A stretch of DNA of 64,000 bases from the human T2T-CHM13v2.0 reference genome, Homo sapiens. The notes below the pieces were generated by a model. The model saw only the letters and a list, made by a program, of their open reading frames with translations, was not told the origin of the DNA and did no database searches. The position numbers and the translations under genes were made by a program. The stretch lies in assembly GCF_009914755.1 (NCBI RefSeq), contig NC_060942.1; one strand, given 5' to 3'. Shown here piece after piece: positions 57,887-64,000 of this stretch; the stretch's first letter is position 1, and each line of letters opens with the position of its first letter.

Positions 57887-58599
57887 TTGCAGAAGGTCAC
57901 TCAGCAAAGTCACAGCAAAACAATAATTGGAAATTAAAAGGTTCTAATTCTTGTTCTAAGGTTTAATATCTACATTTGTATTTTCCTTTTCAACTTGAAT
58001 TTATTTTTGACTTTAAAAACAGCTGTAGTCTTCAGAAGGTGGCCCTCCTTGATTTTCCAAGGGCTTTGTATGGGAAAGCTTATTGGATGTATTTTAAAAG
58101 AATAATTTAAATTATTTAAATTCTAGTTTTTAAAGAGAATAGGAGAAATTAGATGAGTATAATTGCCAAGTAGAGTCCCTGTGATTACTTATTTTAGTGT
58201 GAAATAATGAAAGGAACATTAGACCCCACAGTTGGGAAGTCTTCCATTGATAGTGCCAGGTGACCTTGGGCCTATCCTTCTTTTAACTGTGTCCCAATTT
58301 CCTTCTTTGTAAAATCATCAATGGTGATAATATCTGCCATTTCACCACTCACCACTAAGATGAGTAGTGAAACATAAACCATGACTATTCTTTTAATTCT
58401 GGTTTTCTTTCCTAGTTTCTAAAACACTGGGGAGTAAAGAATATGTCCACACATGTGCACCTACATGTATGAATGGTGGGGAAGAAGGGAATAGATGGGC
58501 TTGTGTGTATTTAAGACTATGAGTTCTTTGCAGCCAGGGACTCTACACTATTATTTTATGCATTATTTTATCTCCTAAATAACTTAGCCAAATGCCTTA

Positions 58600-59050
58600 A
58601 ATGAACACATTAATCCAGCCTTCTCTCTCTTTTGCATGGTCTGAAAAATTTTGTAATGTTTTTCCCAATCTACCTTTCCTTTTCCTTATCCTATATATCC
58701 TTTGCTTTAGCCACTAAGAGACTACATGAGCTTTCCCTGAAGATGCTTGACGTTGTCCTTACATCTTGAGCTTGTTCTTGATATTTCCTGTTTTAAATAC
58801 CATTCCCAACCCCTCCGTGAACTCCAAATCACACTTGAAGGATGAGTTCCTTGTAAAGTCCTTTTGGTCATATGACATAGAATTAATCACTCTTGGACAT
58901 TCTACTATAAACCTTAGCATGTTGTTTTTTCATTATTAGTTCATATGTCTCTTTCCTCAGCCAGAATGGGTAAATCATGACTTATTTACATGTTTACCAC
59001 ATCAAGAATGTAGTTGATACATGTTGAATGAGTAACAACTAAATGAATTA
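58600..59050 (+). mobile_element. L2 3' remnant
   Basis: agaattaatcactc...gatacatgttgaatgagtaacaactaaatgaat. Confidence 0.55.
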
Positions 59051-59488
59051 GACTCTCAGCCTCTTGAACTTCTCATAGGAGGCAATATTAAGCAGAAAAG
59101 AATGTCCTCCTTTTGACTCATGTTATCTCAGTTAAAATTCTGCCTATTGTTGGATACATGTCTATTTTATTTAACCATTCTTGTCCCAGTTTACCTGATT
59201 TTACAAAGGTCATAGCAATAGACCTTAACTCACAGAGTCATAATGAGCATAAAAATATAAATAATGCAGAGTGCTTAGACCATTGCCAGGTCTAAAGTAA
59301 GTGCAAAAAATATGTTAACAAATAGTAGTTAAGAGTGGTGCTTAATTTATCACACTTAAAGAATAGTGGAAACAAAGTAAAGGATCTCAGTGCGATAGTA
59401 TTTTGAATATATTCTACCAACTTAATCAGATCAATTGTATGTAACTAGATTCCTCTGAAATTAGTAAAAGATTTTTATTATATAAGTA

Positions 59489-60070
59489 CAGTTGATCCTC
59501 ATTATTTACAGATTCTGTAGTTGCAAAGTTGCCTGCCTGCTTGCTAAAATTTATTTGCAACTCAAATCAATACCCTTGGTGCTTTGTGGTTATGCTTAGA
59601 GCAGGGTAAAATTTGAGTTGCCAAATGTCCACGTTCCCAGCTGAGGTTGAAGAAAGAGATGCTCTGTCTTCTTGTTTTAGCCCTCATACTGTAAACAAGC
59701 ACCCTTTTTGAGGTCCATTTGGTGCCATGTTTTTTGTATTTCTGTGCTTTTGGTTGGTGATTTTTCTGTTTAAAATGATCCCAGAGTGGAGTGCTGAAGC
59801 ACTGTCCAGTGTTCCTAAGAGCAAGAAGGCTGCGATCTGCCTTATTTCTCGCATTAAAGTTCAAAGTTAAAGAGTTGACAATACTGTCATATTAAATAAG
59901 GTATCATTAAATAGAAACACACATAAAACAAGGTTGGGTACCCATCAGTTGACAAAAATATTGTAACCAGAGGCTTGAAGGAACCTAAACCTATATTTCC
60001 CCTAGGAGCAATATTTCAGTATTCTCAAATTCAGTGCTGGGGTGAGGGCAGCTATACAGAAAATAACAAA
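59489..60070. mobile_element. MER82-like TcMar-Tigger DNA transposon
   Basis: ta|cagttgatcctcattattt...gttcccagctgaggttgaa...ttcctaagagcaagaaggctgcg...atttcccctaggagcaat. Confidence 0.8.
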
Positions 60071-60209
60071 GTAAGTTACTCAGCAAGTAAATGCAAATTT
60101 AGATTATATTTTTTTTCTTCTCTCAGAGAAACTTATCTGCAGAGCACCAGCTAATTTGTGGTAGATCTGGAAGAAGGAGGTTGGATTTCTATCTCCCTGG
60201 AGAGTCTAG

Positions 60210-60766
<557 letters not shown>

Positions 60767-60829
60767 TAACAGCCTGTAATTTGTTTCTACCACCTCAAAA
60801 CAAAAAAACAAACAAAAAACCTCTGTGTG

Positions 60830-62910
60830 CTTATTTTAAAACTTAATTTAAATATTTTCAGAGTATTACATGCACATTATTTTTTAAGTTAAATAATACT
60901 AACAAGCCTATAACAAAAACAAACAGGCTCTTTCTTTCCCCTCCCCAAACCCTGCCTCCATTCCCTAAAGACTGCCTTTTTTTTTCTGACATTTACCTTT
61001 ATGTTTCTCAGTAATCTACTTATTTAGATGTCTCTTAGTTTACCAGTTTTAATTCATCATTTGTAGATATCATCTATTGGTTTATTTTTATGTCAGGATT
61101 TGGTGCTGACACACTTCCATCCTCATTTTCTTCTCCAATCTTTTCTCTTTTTTCTACTGCTGCTTCTCCTCCTCTTCCTTATTTTGTTGAGGTGTAATTA
61201 AAATAAATGAAATTATAAATCTTAAGTGTTCAGTCTCATGAATATACTGGTATTCTAGGGCTGCCATAATAAATACTGCAGACTGGGTGGCTTAAAAAAC
61301 AGGCATTTATTTTCTCACAGTTAGTGAAGCTAGAAGTCCAAGATCAATGTGTTGGCAGATTTGGTTTCTTCTGAGGCCTCGCTCACTTGGCTTATAGATG
61401 GCTACCTTCTTCTTGTGTCTTCACGTGGTTTTTCTCTGTGCATATCTGTGTCCTTATTTTCTTTTAGAGACACCAATCATGTCATATTTAAGACCTACCC
61501 TCGTGAACTAATTTAAACTTCATTACCTCCTTCAAGGACTTATCTCCAAATTCAGTCAGATTCTTCTAAGATACAGGAGTAATAACTTCAACATATGACT
61601 CTTGGTGGTCAAAATTCAGCCCATAAATATGTATTTTGACAATTGTATCCATCTGAGTAACAAACATGACATCAATATGCAGATTTCCATCACCCCAAAA
61701 AGTCTACTGGTACCCATTTCCAATCAAAACCCAGAACAACTATTTAGACTATTCTGACTTCGAATACTGTAGATTAGTTTTGCCTATTCTTTAACTTCAC
61801 ATAAATGGAATTAAACAGTATGTACTCTTTCGAGTCTGGTTTTTCATCATATTATATCTTTTATCACATTACAATTTTCTTCATTGTCTTCAACGCTGTT
61901 TGTTGTGTTTTAAATATTTTTTTTTCAGACTGCACTCTTTTCCTGGAACACATCTTTCATTAGCTTCCTGTTAAGGAAAACACAAATAGATATCTTAGAA
62001 ACCATGTATATCTGAAATATCCCTATACTGTCCTTAGCATATATTCTTATACTTGTGCTATATTATCCTTATGCTTGCTTATTTGACTGGACATTAAATT
62101 CTAGACTTAGAATCCTAGATTAGAATTGTATGATTCATGTTCTGTTGTTTTCTAATATCGAGTGTTGTTGAGAAATCTGATGCCATTCTTACTGTTGATC
62201 ATGTTTTATGTGACCTGCTTTTTTCCCCTTCATTCTGGAAACTTGTGGATCCCCTCCCCACTCTCCATGAGGCTCTAGTATTTTACAGCAATGTGCCTTG
62301 AAATGGATCTGTTTTGCATTTATTTTGTTTAATATTCCACAATCTTTTTCAGACTAGAGTCTCAAGTATTCCAGTTTTGTAAAGTTTTATTGGGAAAGGG
62401 GTCATTTTATCATTTTTGCTAATTTTCTACCTTTTATTTTTCCTGCTTTTTTATTCTCTCCTCAGGGGTGTTGGAAATTGAGAACCAAATCTCTAATTTG
62501 TTACCTTTTCTCTCCCATTTCATGTGATAATTTATTCCCACTGAATTTTGAGAGATTTCTTTTAATTCATCTTCCAACTTATTTATTGAATATTTAATTT
62601 GTGCAATCAAATTATATTTGTAATAAGTTTCTAAAAATCTTTTAATATTCTTGTGTTTTTATCCTGTTGATGGATGGATTATCATTTCTTAGATTACCAG
62701 GGTATTAATGACGTCTTTTTGGATTTCATTCTTTGCATTACTGATGTTTCCTTCATGTGCTGTTATCTTCTTATGTATTACTTTTTCCACTTCCTTTATG
62801 CTAAGGGCCTTCTTTGATGTCTGGTAATCTTAAATTGTCAGTTTACATTAAAATGAAGTATGAAAAAGCTGATTTTAAACTACAAATTTTAGCACTTGAG
62901 TTGGACTTAT
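60830..62910 (-). mobile_element. Old L1M (L1MB/ME-like) remnants
   Basis: tttccatcaccccaaaaagt...ataaatggaattaaacagtatgtactc; gttgagaaatctgatgccattc; approximate. Confidence 0.65.
61243..61627 (-). mobile_element. MLT1A/B/C-like MaLR LTR inserted in an old L1M
   Basis: ctagggctgccataataaa...agactgggtggcttaaa...aaattcagcccataa. Confidence 0.85.
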
Positions 62911-62917
62911 TAAGTAG

Positions 62918-63682
62918 TGAAATGGGAGAATTACTTGACCCCCCTTGCAGGATATGTGACACCGGTGTGGCCTGTCTGTTTGGCTGCTGCACCCTCAAAC
63001 CCCTTATGGGACAGGGAGCATGCAGACAGGCAGGAGCTAGGGTGAGCACTTTTGGTCTCTGAGCCCACAGTAGCATCTAGGGGTTGCTGTCTGTGACTCC
63101 CAAATCCCCAGTGAGTGTGCTACAGTGCTCTTTCAGCTCTGCCATCTGCAGACAGCTTAAGTGTTAACCAGCTCAGTGCCTTCTTGGTACCTGGGTTCTT
63201 GTCCAGCATCCAGGAAGAATCAGGTCACATGAACAAATTGAAGGATGGTAAATGTGGGGGATTTTATTGCCAGATGGAGGTGGCTCTCAGCAGGATGGAT
63301 GGGAAGCTAGAAAGGGGGTGGAGTGGGAAGATGATCTTCCCCTGGAGTTTGGTGGTCCCATGGCTGATCTCCTACCCGACTATCCCCAGCTGAACTCCTC
63401 TCGATGTTCAGATGCTCCTTCTCTTCTCTTCTTTTCTGCCACACTGCTCTTCTGTTCCTCTCCTCTTCTGCTAGTCTGCTCATTTGCTTGTGGAGCCTGG
63501 GGTTTGGGGTTAATATGGGTACAGGATAGGGGGACATGGCAGGCCAAAAGGCAACATTTGGGTGTGAAAACAGGAATGACTGTTCTCATTTAGGGCTGTG
63601 GGTTTCCAGGCTTGAGGGTGGGGCCTTTTGCCAGAGAACCACCTTCTTTTACCCAGTATTTCCCTGTCTCCTGTCCATATCA
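62918..63682 (-). mobile_element. ERV1 solo LTR (LTR1/HUERS-P2-like)
   Basis: TG...CA ends, perfect 4-bp TSD gtag; sense start TGATATGGACAGGAGACAGGGAAATACTGGGT; ~765 bp. Confidence 0.8.
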
Positions 63683-64000
63683 GTAGGAGCCTCATTGTTG
63701 GGGAATTGATCAGGGATATGACTGCTTTTTTTTTCTCTAGGGCAAAGATAATAATTTTCTCTAGAGAAGGATTATATGATATTCTACCCAAGAAGCATAT
63801 ACCTGGTTGCCATTGCTCTAGGTATCATATGAAGGAAGAAGACATGGGTAGCTCATATCTTTGATTTACTTACTCTTGCCTACATCCCTGTTCTCTCCTG
63901 TGTTTAATATCTCTGAAACTTTGGCCTCTGAGTTGAATATCCCCAGAGGATAAAGCTACCAACAACTCCAAGGTCAGGGAGGGTTAGTAGCCTGGTTTTA

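Noticed and set aside
62814-63864. ORF cluster at the window end
   Set aside because: Falls within the GC-richer ERV1 solo LTR.

Overview
AT-rich, CpG-depleted primate (human-like) non-coding DNA, probably intergenic or deep intronic. I recognise no host protein-coding exon, CpG island, rRNA/tRNA gene or CRISPR array; the long ORFs derive from decayed retroelements. Main content: a full-length, inactivated L1PA (~L1PA4/5, minus strand, 14528-20678); a two-LTR THE1A MaLR (43601-45888); a twin-primed L1PA nested beside an older L1 3' end inside a MIR (38030-39430); ten Alus; two ERV1-class LTRs; MLT1, MER5/MER63/MER82, MIR and L2 relics; and a tailless U2 snRNA retrocopy. The most unusual structure is at 20933-21242. 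There a tailless AluYd-type fragment is fused to a ~110-bp copy of local sequence from 13651-13776 and sits inside an LTR without a TSD, which suggests a templated double-strand-break repair scar. I found no convincing new biological system. Subfamily calls rest on remembered consensus sequences and need RepeatMasker/Dfam confirmation.
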